DNA of 64,000 nucleotides from Eledone cirrhosa (GCA_964016885.1 OZ024745.1:41602001-41666000), one strand, 5' to 3'; positions 1 to 13,327 are shown, counted from the stretch's first letter. Notes: generated by a model from the sequence alone, not told the origin. Numbers and translations: made by a program.

Positions 1-489
1 ACATATTGCCGGAGTGAAATTCATCTATGATGGTGTTAATGTGAACATCACAAGCTTGCGATAATTCTTGATGTTCTTCTAAGTTCTTTTGTCTGCGTGT
101 GTTTTTTTAAATGTCATCTTCTATCCAGAATCAGAATTTCTTTCAAATAACTTCGAAATATCTTAGTGTGGTTTAATTAATCTCTTGCGGGTTATAATTA
201 TACCGTGGTTCGTTGAATGGATATTTAAAGTAACATTTAGTGACAAGACAGCAATCTTATTTTAACATCATTACAGACTAGTTGATTACTACCTTGGGGA
301 ACAGGTGCAGCGTCGAAAATTTATAGCACCTTAACCTCTCTACTGAACATTTGATATCATCTTCCTGGCAATTAAGTGCAACATGGATGAAATGTGAGAA
401 AAAAACAGCCATTAAAGAAATGCCTGATAGTCCACGATTTAAAGGAGTACGGTTTAATAATAATCCACTGCGTATATATATTTGTATAT

Positions 490-544
<55 letters not shown>

Positions 545-596
545 GTATATACATGTAAATAAAAACACCCACCCACAGATACACACACACACACAT

Positions 597-648
<52 letters not shown>

Positions 649-896
649 TAGCGAGAATCGTATTTCGGCTTTGGAATTAGCGAAAAACAACTTCCGAGAT
701 GTGTGGTAAGCGCTCAATAATTCTGACGAACCAGAGCAACAACATACGTTAAAGGCCAAACACACTGAGACGATGGTTAAACCGTCATCCGCATAGCCAT
801 AGAAACGACCAAGTAATCGGGTCAAACAAATAAAAAAAATGTGATTATATATATATATTAAGTAAGAATATTTTCGAAACAGCGAGTAGGTTTGAA

Positions 897-1200
897 ATTA
901 TTAGAAATGTAAGCTATCGCGGTATTTTGACTAAAGAAATTAAAGAAATTATTTAGCCTGATAGTGGGGTTAAGAACCCTCGGAGAAATGGAAAAAGATG
1001 AGTATTGACGTACATGCGAGTCGAACCCACATCTTTGGTTATCCGGACCACTGTGCTACCATTTACACCAACACATCACCCTGTGATGTGTTGGTGTAAA
1101 TGGTAGCACAGTGGTCCGGATAACCAAAGATGTGGGTTCGACTCATAATTTCTTTAATTTCTTTAGTCAAAATACCGCGATAGCTAACATTTCTAATAAT
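897..1200. repeat. Foldback (palindromic) element between TA tracts, containing a tRNA-like head
   Basis: Outer arms 897-952 and 1145-1200 and inner arms 1018-1078 and 1083-1144 are near-perfect reverse complements. The right arm lacks about 65 bp present in the left. Confidence 0.9.
1006..1077 (-). pseudogene. tRNA-like cloverleaf (SINE head or tRNA pseudogene), anticodon loop CCGGATA
   Basis: Minus strand GATGTGT-TG-GTGTAAATGGTAGCAC-A-GTGGTCCGGATAACCAA-AGAT-GTGGGTTCGACTCGCAT-GTACGTC has A and B boxes and foldable acceptor, D, anticodon and T stems with several G.U pairs and mismatches. Confidence 0.6.
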
Positions 1201-1346
1201 ATATATATATATATATGGAAAGTTATATTTAAATTGTTGTGTTACAACTAGTAAATATTTATAACTGATATAAAAGCACTCGACAAATATTTGGAGTATA
1301 TTTACAATATTAAATAAATGGAAACTATATTTATAAAACCATATTT

Positions 1347-1410
1347 ATTTCATTATATATATTTCAGGGATAACATATTAACAATATGCTATGCCTTCCT
1401 CAGACAAAAT
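1347..1410 (-). ncRNA. Type-I hammerhead ribozyme motif
   Basis: attttgt-CTGAGGA-aggcatagcatatt/gtt/aatatgttatccct-GAAA-TATATA-TA-atgaaat: intact core, long stem II, palindromic stem III, stem I pairs with G.U. Confidence 0.7.
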
Positions 1411-3539
1411 ACAATATAAACAGTTTTATAGATAAATAGATTCGACATACCGTAACAACATCTACTTGCATTTGAGAAGGTTGATTTGGTTGTGACAAAA
1501 TTGTACACAGAAAGAAAGAGAGAGAGAAAGAGAGAAAAAGAGAGAAAAAAAGGAAAGAAAGACAGAAAACGAAGAAAAAGAAAAAGAAGAAATGCATGGA
1601 ACAAAATAGAGAGATGGAAAGATAGATAAAGAGAAGAACTTCATGTAAAGAAACAGAAAGAGATATATATATAGAGAGAGAGAGGAAATAGAGATAGATG
1701 CATATATAGAAAGCTAGGTAGTGGGACGACTGTTGAATAACGTATCAATGATACATTTATTTATTTATTTATTTATTTAGCTCTAGTATTAATGTAAGGG
1801 AGATATATGGAGGGAAAACCAGCTGTTATATAGGGAGAGAAAAAATATAGAGAGAGAAAAAAAGAGAGAGAGAAAATTCAAAAACATCCAGACACAGGCG
1901 AGGCGTACAAACCTCTGTTTTAATGTAGAGGTATTAGTATTCACAAAACCAGCCTCTGCATTGTAAATATCAGTATTCCTGAATGAGATATGTATCCACA
2001 ATGTGTGAAAATTAATGACCTTATGTTTAGTTTTTTTTTTTAAATTCATATGTTTATGTGATAATTACAAACATCTATGTGAATGTACATGATCAATTCT
2101 GCAAACCCTAAGTTCACGGAAAGTATTCTCAATGCGGTATAAAAATTTAAGTATACATATATGTGTATATAGAGTCAATATTACTATTTCTGTCTCTACT
2201 CTACAAGATTATCTATCAAGCAAAGATAGAGCAGATTTCAATATACTAATAAAAATAAAAATAAAAATATATCGGAAACAAAACTAAACTAAAAATAACA
2301 ACAATAATAATAAGTAATAATAAAATAGAAAACTAAGAAATATTACGAAAGAATATTACATATTAAATATTACATATTAAAAAATTTACATATTAAAAAT
2401 ATTAAAAAATAAAAATTAGGAAATACTACAGTAATAAAAATAAAATAAAATAAACGACAAAGATCAACCCTTCAAAATTAATTGACAATATATTGCCAAG
2501 TTCATTATAAACATCAGAGTCGAAAAACAGATAAAGCCAAAAAATTATCTATCAAATCGCATCTAGCAAAAATCATTTCAAAAAGTATAGGATGCCCAAT
2601 TTGGTCTACATGTGTTCTTATATTTAATATAGAAGTTTATCTAGTGTAACGTTTATTCGAAATATTTGGAGCATCAACTTTTAGGATAGCTTAATTTTTC
2701 ATGAAGAATGTTTAAATAAATAAAATAAGAATAAAAAGAGTAAAAAGAGAATCAAAGATTTATCGGCTAGTTTCCCATATAATTATAAATCAAACTAAAT
2801 ATACTACATTTTAAATTTAAATTTATATTTAAACGTTGAGTTTAATCTATGTTTGCAACAACTGAATAAATACACGCCCACATAAGGACATATGACCAAT
2901 TATTGACAGATAAAATGTGAAAACAGTTTTAATGAAAGCAAGCTACAATGGAAAAAAGCCAATATTTACCTGTCAACATATTGCAGTTATTCTTGTAATT
3001 GATTTGAAAATACAAGAATCATTGACCAGAACTGTCTTGTTTCTTCTACACTGTACAGCTAAATATCCCTACAAAACACTATGCAGTTATTTATTTGCTC
3101 TACACAACATAGTATTTGTCTTCACTACAAAATAATATTACACTGTTATCCCTTTTCTCTATACTACATGACTATGCAGAAATATGTATCTACTCTACAC
3201 AGTCTTGTACAGTTAGATATATCTCAACACAACACTGCACAGTTAGATATATTCTCTACATAATAGTGTATTGTTAATTATTTTCAACACCACAATATAC
3301 AGTGATTATTTTCTTTAAACAACATTGTACAGTGAAACAACCTCACTACACATCATTTTACAGTTATCTTTCTCTTCTATACCCCAATGTACAGTCAATA
3401 TCTTCTCTACATAATACTGTACATTACACTACACAGTTGAATATCTGTTTACCCAACAATATACAGTTAAATATTTATCGTCTTCACTTAACATTGCACA
3501 ATTATTTACTCTCTCTACACAACTCTGTACAGATAGTCA

Positions 3540-3722
3540 TTGTCGGGCAGAAGGTCCAACTGTTATGCTTGCGGCAATAAAAATCATTTGAGGGCTTTCT
3601 GTCTCGAAGAAATATACAAAGCAAAGAAATACACAGTAGCAAAACCAATACAAATAACATCAGTCCCAAAGGCTGCTGTACTTGTCAGTCAAACCCCTTG
3701 GAGCAGCTTAAAAGACGGCTAA
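3540..3722 (+). pseudogene. CCHC zinc-knuckle fragment (LINE ORF1/gag-like)
   Basis: CYACGNKNHLRAFC matches CX2CX4HX4C. Confidence 0.5.
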
Positions 3723-4465
3723 ATTGCTCGCCTTGTTTTCAGAACCAACAGTCTACAACTAGGGGTCATTTCCCTTATCACTAGAGGTTCCAATATAATG
3801 AGGACATAGAGAGCGAATAGAAGTAACAAACTGTCGAAAAAAATCAATTACAACAGAAGGCATGCAGAATAAGTGAAGAAAGGTCTACTACTCGCGTATG
3901 GGAAAAAACCAGGACTGACAAACCAACATTTCTCTTGAAAGCCATTAGGGACAATTTGACAACGCAGTGTAACCACGCAAACATCATGGGAAGGGGAGTT
4001 CACTTCATATGAGGAAGAACCCATGTCCTCCTGAATAAAGAGAATTTATAAACCCTGACATAGTCAATAAAGGACTTATAACAAATAACTAAATGGAATA
4101 CAAAGTGATTACAAACATGAACAACATCAAAAACAACAACCACAACAACAACGACGACGGTTTCACCTCACACCATGTCACAGTAACAATCTCAAATAAT
4201 CTACCAATACACGCCAGTAGTCAGCAAATGTCACAGCAAGCCTGTTTTGAAAATCGCGAAACCTATCCAAATTTGAGAACTTTACTAAATATACCAATAG
4301 GATGGTATCTTTTTAATGTTATATAATAAACGTTCACTTAGTTATAGAGTATTATGCATAATAACATGGTTTGGTATTAAAACGTTAAATTACAAATCTA
4401 AACTATAATATATGTATAATGAACCTTCACTTAAAAAATTACTCTTCTGCCTGCTACAAGATATA

Positions 4466-5312
4466 CAAGAGGCGACTGAAAAGTTTTGAGTTTCACACAG
4501 AAAACAAATAGTGATGCAAGTGGAATGTTGTCTATCAAATCCGTGACATGTTCTGACAGTACGTGCTAGGTTTCCTGGTCTAAACACTTTTTCATTTCTT
4601 TTCGCAGATTCTTAAAGTTGATGTACTCAGGCGTTTCATGAAAAAATGGAGAAACTAACTCGAGTATAGAGCAGTAATCAAGTATCTGCAATTGAAATGT
4701 ATGACCCCAGCTGAGATCCATAAGAACATGCAAGACACATTACAGGAAGGTGCCCCGTCATATGCCACGGTCAATCGCTGGGTCAATGAAACGAAGTGTG
4801 GCAAGGAAGATGTGGAAGATGACCTGAGGTCATCAACAGTGACCACACCAGAGAACATTGACCTTCTCCTGGAGATGGTGATGGAGGATCGATGACTGTC
4901 ATCTTATCACATAGCAAGCAAGTTTGATATCTCCAAGGAGTGAACCAATAATTAACGAGCTTGGTTTGAGAAAGATGTCTGCACGCTGGGCTCCACGTAT
5001 TTTGAATGAGGAATAGAAGCGCACTCGTTGCACCATGTTCTCCAACAATTTGGAACTCTTTGAAGTTGATTCGGAAGATTTCCTGGCACGATTCGTAACC
5101 ATGGACTAGACCTTGGTCCATCACTATCAATCTAAAAAAAAAGGAGCAGTCTAAACAGTGGAACCACAAAGACAAGGGTCACACCATTAGCAGGAAAGGT
5201 CATGGTTACAATTTTCTGGGATGCACAAGGAGTTTAGTTAGTGGATTATTTCCAAAAGGGCCACACTATCACGGGACAATACTCCGCCAACCTGCTTAAA
5301 CGCCTGTGCCAT
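4466..5312 (+). mobile_element. Mariner (Himar/Mos-like) transposon remnant, 3'-truncated, transposase pseudogene
   Basis: TA followed by TIR-like caagaggcgactgaaaagttttgag. Decayed motifs RAVIKYL, APSYATVNRW, WAPRIL, FVTMD, QSKQW, AGKVMVTIFWDAQG, GHTITGQY, with stops and frameshifts. Confidence 0.88.
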
Positions 5313-5330
5313 GTATAGAGAAGAGATAAT

Positions 5331-5517
5331 CGTTTCAACGTTTGGCACAAGGCCAGCAATTATGCCAGTGCATTACTGGTACTTTATTTTATCGACCCCG
5401 TAAGGTTGAAAGGCAAAGTTAACCTCGGCGGGATTTGAACTCAGAATGGCAAGGGCCGTAACTCTATGCGCCAAAGCATGGCGTCCGACCCTTTACCGAT
5501 ACTGCCAATCCACCTTG
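5331..5517 (-). mobile_element. tRNA-derived SINE with Nin-type central domain, 15-bp TSD
   Basis: B box gagttcaaatcc and body ttaactttgcctttc...ggggtcgataaaataaagtaccag. Flanking direct repeat tagagaagagataat at 5316-5330 and 5518-5532. Confidence 0.85.
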
Positions 5518-5745
5518 TAGAGAAGAGATAATCCACGTATAGAGAAGAGATAATGACATACTGTTGTGTAGAGATGATATCTCACTGTAAATGGTTGTGT
5601 TGTTAAGATAGTCACCGGACAGTGTTACATAGAGAAGAGATTATTGTATAGTGTTCTGTAGAGAAGATATTTCACTGTTCAGTATCGTTTAGTACAATGA
5701 TGTGTAGAGTAGATGAATATTTCTGTATGTTATTTTGAACACAGT

Positions 5746-5920
5746 CGGTGAATTGGCAGAGTTGTTAGAACATCGAATAGGGTGTTTTGCGGTATTCTTT
5801 TTGGTAGTCTTTACGGATATCTACTCTCTGAATTCAAATCCTGCCGCAGTCAACATTTGATTTCATTCATTCGGGGTCGATTACAAAAAAGAACCAGTCT
5901 AGTACTGGGGTCGATTTTTC
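5746..5920 (+). mobile_element. Diverged SINE of a related family
   Basis: ggtgaattggcaga A box, gaattcaaatcc B box, ggggtcgat...accagt body. Confidence 0.65.
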
Positions 5921-6705
5921 CTCTAAATCTCTTTCTTACTTCAATTCTCTCACTCTCCCTATCCTTCTCTGGAAGAAATCTGCTGTATTCAGACTTTAAG
6001 AGGAGATGGGCTCTGCCATCTTTAAATGTTCTCTAGAAACGCCATAATTTAATATGGCGCCACCAGGACTCCCTCGGGAGCTATGGAACAATGCAATGTA
6101 AAATACAATGTAGTACGTATAGAAAAAAAAGGTAAATCAGTCTAATATTACGTCGTAGTGAATACAAATACATCTACAATGTTGTGTATAAAAGAGACAT
6201 AACTGTGTAATGTAATGTTGTAGTGAAGAGAAATAACTATAGAATATTGTGTACTGATATTTAGCTGTACAGTGTAGAGGAAATAAAACACATTTGTGAT
6301 CAATGTCTCTTTTTTTTTTTTTTTTTTTTTTTCAATTCAACGGAAATAATAACTATGCAGTATGCTGACAGATAAATAATAAATATTGGGTTTCTACTGT
6401 TGCAGCTTGCTTTCATTAAAACTCTGTTTACACCTTTTGTATGCTTTGATGTTTCTTCTGTTTTTTTCATGAATACCGTCAATAATCCTTTACATGTGAT
6501 TGTGTTAGTGTACATATATATATATAGGAAAGCACACAGCTTACGCAAATGCACACACATATACAAAGATATAAGTAAATATATATTTTTATTTTTGTTC
6601 ATGTATATACATACATTCACACATACCTACAGACACAAGCACCCACACCCACCCACACAAGCACACACACAAACACACACACATACACACTCACACACAC
6701 ATATA

Positions 6706-6737
<32 letters not shown>

Positions 6738-6751
6738 CCATAACACTTGCA

Positions 6752-6759
6752 TATATAAG
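6752..6759 (+). promoter_or_regulatory. Candidate TATA box of the secreted-peptide gene
   Basis: TATATAAG in non-microsatellite context about 90 bp upstream of the ATG at 6843. Confidence 0.45.
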
Positions 6760-6842
6760 CAGTCACTGCCATTGGAGTACCTTAAGAGAGAAACACTTCC
6801 TCTGTTATAAGTAAGATATTTGAAAAATCCCGTTGGAATAAT

Positions 6843-7010
6843 ATGATTATGGCTTCAACAACCAAATTAACTCTTCTTGTTTCTATTATTGTTCTTCTTG
6901 TCAGTATATCAAGTGTAAAGAGTCAAACAGGTGATTCATCTACTGATAAGCCAGTGGCTGCCGCATCATCAAAAGAATGCTTACCTCCAGAAAACTGTGC
7001 TGAACACCCA
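6843..7010 (+). CDS. Candidate small secreted peptide precursor, coding exon 1 (signal peptide plus Cys pair)
   Basis: MIMASTTKLTLLVSIIVLLVSISSVKS|QTGDSSTDKPVAAASSKECLPPENCAEHP shows n/h/c signal-peptide regions and ends at a canonical phase-0 donor (CCA|GTAAGT, 7011). Confidence 0.62.
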
Positions 7011-7699
7011 GTAAGTTTTGCTTAATGCATTCAGTAACTGTTTTTTTTTTTTACATCTTTTTATTAATTTCTGCCATTAGACTGCATCTAATTTTGGGCG
7101 CCACATTAGAGGGAATTAGTCAATCATATCCACTCCAGTGGGGGTTTTTCGTGCCTGATACTAGTTTATCGATCTCTTTTTGTCAAATTCAGTCACGAGA
7201 TCACACATACATTCACATACACACAGACAGACACGTATATGTATGTATTCGACGGGCTTCCACACAGTCAAAATCTATCAATTTCACTAAAAAATATTGG
7301 TGGATCCGAAACTTTAGCAGATGACACTTGATCAAAGAACAGTGAAACTGAACCCGAAACCATGTGTCATGCCTGTGACTTATATAATTCGATTATTTCA
7401 CTCCCTTAATCCAATAACGCCTATATGATCAATATACGAACATAAATGTCTTTTTAAGTTTAATTAATTAAATGCATTGCGATATTTGTTCTGTCTCTCA
7501 GTGCTCTAAGTTGAAACCCCGCTTCCTGTCACGGGAAAGAAAATAGAAACATAAAATGATGGGGGGGGGGGGGGGGGGTATAACTAAAACGCCCAATATA
7601 CTTGCTATGAGATGCAAACTCATAGGAAGCTGGCTTAACGTATGCAGTCAAACCTATTTATTTATCTCTCTCTCTATATATTTTTTTCTTTTTTTCTAT

Positions 7700-7925
7700 T
7701 TAGCTCTGTTTAAATGATCATTTGTCTAGTTAATTTCTATGGACGAAGAGCAAAGATTGGGTAAATTTTATCTCACTGTTCCTCATAAAGGGATATCAAT
7801 AGCATTTATCTCTTATTTCTTCAAAGTTACATTTTAAACTAAGTTCCGTTTAAATCATTATCTATCTAGTTAATTTCTACGGACGAAGAAGAAAAGTTGG
7901 ATAAATTTTGTCTGACTATTTTTCA
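7700..7925 (+). repeat. Tandem repeat of about 120 bp (third copy at ~9135-9225)
   Basis: ttaaatgatcatttgtctagttaatttcta(t/c)gg recurs at 7710, 7850 and 9151. Confidence 0.7.
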
Positions 7926-8357
7926 AATTTATAATTTTATATAACTCTGATTCATGATTATTTGTTTAATTCATTCACTCATTAAGCCACACCATTGAAA
8001 GTAGCCAACACTTATGTATGTATCTATGACTATGACTATATATATGTCCTCTGTGACTTTTGTTCTATACTCCCTTGAGGTCGAGTAACCTTAGGTGGTA
8101 ACTAACTGCTTCTTCTAGCAATGAACTTACTTGCCACCAGCCTACCCTTCACAACAATTCTATCTTAATCGCTAGCCACGTGATGATCTTCACGCCTTTT
8201 GAATTCGTTACTTAAGGCGATCAATTTGGAAATATCGGTCCTAACTGAGGGAGTCTCTTGAAAAGCTCGAAGCCTCATGGATAATGCAACGATTAGACAT
8301 TTCCACAAAGAACGAGCGAAACTATCGATAGTCGGGACTGGGAGACTTTTTGGTAAG

Positions 8358-9096
8358 TGTAACGAATATTCGTGGTAACGATAAGTGGATAGATGGAATT
8401 GTTGGTATGATGGTTTCAATGTAAAGAATAATACCAGGATTGTGTTGTTACAAAGTTTATTTTATTATAACAATATTCAATTTGAATATTGAACGATAAA
8501 ATCTATAACACGAAATATTCGTACAATAATTTGGTGGCTCTTCGAGACACGTAAATACAAGTATCACAGAATACGATTATAATATAATTTGTACTGTATC
8601 CGAAAGATACAATTTGAATAAATAGAAATGGTGCGTGAAAAATGCAAACAGTGTGAACTTACTATGAATGCGTGTGTGCGTATCAGTATATTTGCTTGTT
8701 TTAGTAGTAGTGGTAAGCGATTAGCCCGGCCGGTGAGAAATTAGTGACAGACTGGTTTTTCGTGACGAGAGCTTGTAAATGCAACTTGTCTTGTCTGTGT
8801 ATCACTTCTTTTCTCTCGGGGCGTAAACAAGACTTGTATTTATATGGGTTTAAGTTAGAAGGATAGATATATCCTCTGACCTTTGGTTAGTATCTCCCAA
8901 GGGGTTGGTTTGCCAAGCGTAAACAACTCAAAAAGATGGATATATCCTCTGACCTATTTTCTGCCAGGCGCAATCACCTCTGACCTGTGTTTAGCATCTC
9001 TCAAGGGGTTGGTCTGTCGAGCGTAAACAACTCACCACGGCCTGTCCCAGAGGCGGGAAAGCTCAGATTCGGTTTCGAATCTTCGCCGCCGTTATA
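8358..9096 (-). mobile_element. Solo LTR (Gypsy-type) with 4-bp TSD TAAG
   Basis: Termini TGTAACG...CGTTATA, with TAAG at 8354-8357 and 9097-9100. Minus strand has TATAAATA (~8840), AATAAA (~8460) and internal ggatatatcctctgacct repeats. Confidence 0.65.
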
Positions 9097-9245
9097 TAAG
9101 GTTTATCCATTTTTTTTTTCGCCAAATTTACATTTTAGACTTAGGTCCGATTAAATGATTATTTGTCTAGTTAATTTCTACGGGCTAAGAGGAAAGATTA
9201 GGTATCTCACTATTCTTCAAACTTATAATTTTATACACACACACT

Positions 9246-9280
<35 letters not shown>

Positions 9281-9432
9281 GTTATAGTAATACTAATGAG
9301 AGTAAATTTTACTCATTATATATTTCTTTCAGACTGCGATATTTTTGAACTGCAAACTTTTATCATGATACTTTGATGAGTGATATATATTATCTGTTCT
9401 AACTGTTTTTCCCTGAGTGACTTGTATCGGTA

Positions 9433-9548
9433 TTTTAATTAATCTCTGATGACACCCACGGTCTATACTCACTAATGCTAAATTGTTAAATAAAATGATT
9501 CGCTATATGTACCATAACCTTGGTAGAAACAATTGTCAGTTATTAAAA
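9433..9548 (+). ncRNA. Type-I hammerhead ribozyme motif with long stem-II insertion
   Basis: ttttaattaatct-CTGATGA-cacccacggt...accttggta-GAAACAATTGTC-agttattaaaa; palindromic stem III (ACAATTGT) and GUC cleavage triplet. Confidence 0.65.
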
Positions 9549-10143
9549 TGTAATATAAAGTAAAATATATATATATATATATTAATTTCAATTGAGTTCT
9601 TAACACGTTGGATTGATAATGTTTTTGAAAAAACTAATTAACCCGAGTGTATATTATTTTTTCTTTTCTCGTGTATCGTGGTTGTCTCCCTTTCCCGCTT
9701 CGTGACGCTATGAAACTTCCTCAGTCTAAAGACTGCTGGAATTTCAAATTTGGCGGTCATTCGATGCGTGAGGGAGCAGCTTAGCAGACACGATCTTTAA
9801 CTGCGGTAAGAATTTTTTCTTATATCAAAGTTTAATGGGCTTCCACTGAAGATTTATAAGTGCCCACCTAAATATATTCTTACATGAATATATGTTAGGC
9901 TTCTACATAAACTGGAAACATTCTCCCAACTTGTAGAAAACTTATAATGAAACAATTGTTTGGAAAGAGAGATATATTTTAACTATAATTATATCTCATA
10001 AAATAATACAACTGGCTTTCCACAAAATACATATAGTTCTCCCCAAACACTTAAATTGGGTTATACTAACATATAACCTAATGTTTGTTGAGTGAGATGG
10101 TTACCAGTCGGAGTTTAGCGTTAAGCTATCTCTGTTATTGTAT

Positions 10144-10184
<41 letters not shown>

Positions 10185-10264
10185 CGAAGAAAATGTGGTA
10201 AGGAACCAGATGGACCATAACGCACCAAAGTACTCAATACTTAGGGTAGTAGAGTGGGTAATAA

Positions 10265-10384
10265 GAACGAGTAGGGCTCCGACGGCTGAGCTCAAGCTGT
10301 TTCGACGGCTAATTCTGGACTAAAAAGCCGTCCAGAATTAGCCGTCGAAACGGCTTGAGCTCAGCCGTCGGGGTCCTACTCGTT

Positions 10385-10385
<1 letters not shown>
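10265..10385. repeat. Palindrome with ~56-bp arms between TA tracts
   Basis: 10265-10320 is the reverse complement of 10329-10385 with few mismatches; loop taaaagcc. Confidence 0.9.
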
Positions 10386-10420
<35 letters not shown>

Positions 10421-10453
10421 AAAGAATAGAGGTGTAACACACAAGTTATTATA

Positions 10454-12338
10454 TATTGGTAAACGGAATAGAAAATGCTGACAAATTGTTCACAGTTGAA
10501 AAATGGTTTAATTAGGAATAAAAGAGTATTAGTGATTGTATGGGTTAGTATTCAGTTGTGGTTTTAAGTTTTTAAGTTTTTACCGGTGCGCATTTCTAAA
10601 TGCTTTTCAAAAATAATTTTGAGATAGAGTGTCCGTGCTGTTTGCTCTGATCTGATTAGTTTTGAGAATTCTACCTGTTTTTATGTTAAAAAAGTGGCTC
10701 CAGCGTTATTTTTGTGTTGCAAAAAAAAGAATTCGTGATAGAGGGACTCAAATTTATCTTGGAGAACAATTACTTCGTTTTCAATAACAAACCCACCCTA
10801 CAGGCAGAAATCTGGGACCGCTATGGGAACGAAAACAGCCCCTACTTATGCCAACCTAGTCATGGGATACCTGGAAATCACCCTCTACACTAAAGTCCTA
10901 AACAAATTTGGAAACACCCTCCACTTACACATTGAAAGGAACTGGAAGCGATATCTAGATGACTGCTTCATCCTTTGGCACGAAAACATCGAAAAACTTA
11001 AAGAATTTCACACCCTTATAAATGGGCTCAACACAAATATTAACTTCACGATGGAATACAGCCATCAACAACTCCCCTTCCTCGACATCCTCATTAAGAT
11101 TCATAACAAAAAAATAGAAACAGACATATACTACAAGCCCACAGACTCCAAGCAATATTTCCCCCTCAACTCTTGCCACCCTAGACACGTTAAAATTAAT
11201 ATTCCCTACAACTTAGCCAAGAGAATCGGTACTATAGTCTCCAATAAAAACATCTGCTACTTACGCCTACAAGAACTAAAGGACACACTCATAGGCAGGG
11301 ACTACCCTGCATCACTAATTGACAATGGAATCCAACGTGCCCTAAAACTCAGTACCCAGGACCTTAGACACCCTAAAGTAAATCAACCAAAACTAAAAGC
11401 TTTTCCATACATCTCCACACACAACCCCCTCAACAATGAGGCCTTTGACACCATCTTCCAGAACATCCCTGTATTGAAAAAGGACCATAGAATGAACCAA
11501 ATTCTACGAACACACGATATCATAAAGAGCAAAAGACAATCCAAGTCAATGAAAAACATCTTAACACATGCCAAAGTACTGCCAACCACAACAACGAAAC
11601 CCACAGTAAAAAAATGGATAGACCCAACTGTGGCATTTGCATCAACCTAATAGAGGGTTCGGAATTCTATTTCAAAGATGGACAACGTTTTATAGTAAAA
11701 CACAATTTCACATGTGCATCGGAAAATCTAATATATGTATTAACTTGTTCAGGTTGTCGAGAACAATACATAGGCCAGACCAAAAACAGCCTCCGCCAAC
11801 GCATGACTGTCCATAGATCCCAAATTAAAATACGGGAATACCGGGAATACAGGAAAATACCACTGAGTGAACACATTGATACCTGTGCCGCCCAAAATCA
11901 TCCCAACTTCAGAATCTTTCCCCTCTACAAATTTAAAGATAATGCCACCCACACCCAGCGCATCAGCAAGGAATCCTACTTCATTAACAAATACGGACCC
12001 CGTCTAAACACTTCTCCCTAAGACGAACCCACAATATACACACGTCAACATACATACCTACATCAGCACACATCTCTACCCACATATAAACACAATGACA
12101 CACGTAAACACACATGCTCTATGGTGCAATACAAAAAAATATATGTGCATATATATGTATGTATATATGTATATATATATATATATATGTAGTGAATATA
12201 TGTATGTGTATATATATATAGTGAATATCATTTCACACCTTTTATTGTTAAGATTTTTGATGTTCTATTAAGAGAACCGATTTTACTGAAAAAATCGAAT
12301 AATGTACACCATTTTACCAGGGGGAAAAAAATACTGGT

Positions 12339-12387
<49 letters not shown>

Positions 12388-12644
12388 CACAAACACATAC
12401 ACACGCGTACATCAAGATACAAAGAGACTTATACACACACACACACACACACACACGCACTTCTCCGTATAAGACAAAAGCTGAAAAATATCTTTTGACA
12501 TGCTAAAATACCCCCATTGCTTTCAGACACATTCTTACTGACCATCGAATTACTCTGCTATACACACACACACACACACTTATCTTAATTTGACACACAT
12601 CGCTGCTGGCCATTGTCGCAGCATCGAACACCTTACTACTATTA

Positions 12645-12722
<78 letters not shown>

Positions 12723-13195
12723 TTGTTGTGAAAGAGTCATTTCTCAATCTTGGCGCAAAACCAATTTTTTATCCACATGACCTCTACCGACCAATCAAAA
12801 TTGTTTTGACCAAGAATTTTTGCTGGAGCCACTTTTTTAACATAAAAACAGTCTTGGCGCAAAATCAACTTTTTACATTCACATGACCTCTACCGACCAA
12901 TCAAAATTGTTTTGACCACAAGCATTTTTGCAACACAAAAATAACGCTGGAGCCACTTTTTTAACATAAAAACAGGTAGAATTCCCAAAACTAATCAGAT
13001 CAGAGCAAACAGCACGGACACTCTATCTCAAAATTATTTTTGAAAAGCATTTAGAAATGCGCAACCGGTAAAAACTTAAAAACTTAAAACCACAACTGAA
13101 TACTAACCCATACAATCACTAATACTCTTTTATTCCTAATTAAACCATTTTTCAACTGTGAACAATTTGTCAGCATTTTCTATTCCGTTTACCAA

Positions 13196-13198
<3 letters not shown>
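10454..13198 (+). mobile_element. 5'-truncated Penelope-like element (Neptune-type) with inverted pseudo-LTRs
   Basis: Inverted repeats of about 270 bp (10454-10724 and 12926-13198) flank an RT plus GIY-YIG ORF; the element ends in (TA)n. Confidence 0.9.
10735..12021 (+). pseudogene. PLE reverse transcriptase and GIY-YIG endonuclease (frameshifted)
   Basis: GTAMGTKTAPTYANL, WKRYLDDCFILW, LPFLDI, TDIYYKPTD; frameshift near 11620; then CGIC, FTCASENLIYVLTCSGCREQYIGQT, RMTVH, LSEH. Confidence 0.92.
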
Positions 13199-13251
<53 letters not shown>

Positions 13252-13327
13252 AAAATATCTCTCTCCCACTCATTTATCCTATTTTCTCCCCCTCTCTCTG
13301 CTCCCTTACTACTTCCGTTTTCCTTCG

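Larger units (their letters stand above)
2915..6435. repeat. Old, long inverted repeat with minisatellite-like arms, interrupted by later insertions
   Basis: 2915-~3150 aligns by eye to the reverse complement of ~6140-6435 (shared gttttaatgaaagcaagct and ctacactgtacagctaaatatc). Degenerate ctctacacaacactgtacag units occur at 3040-3535 and inverted at 5520-5740 and 6090-6290. Confidence 0.6.

Noticed and set aside
715-830. CTGACGA...GAAAC hammerhead-like pair
   Set aside because: Stems I, II and III could not be paired convincingly.
1006-1077. Functional tRNA-Ser(GGA)
   Set aside because: No long variable arm, C rather than U at position 33, T-stem mismatch, and embedded in a foldback repeat; kept only as tRNA-like.
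10735-12021. Selenocysteine recoding as in Naiad-type PLEs
   Set aside because: The disruptions are frameshifts, not in-frame TGA codons, the endonuclease is C-terminal, and no SECIS was recognised.
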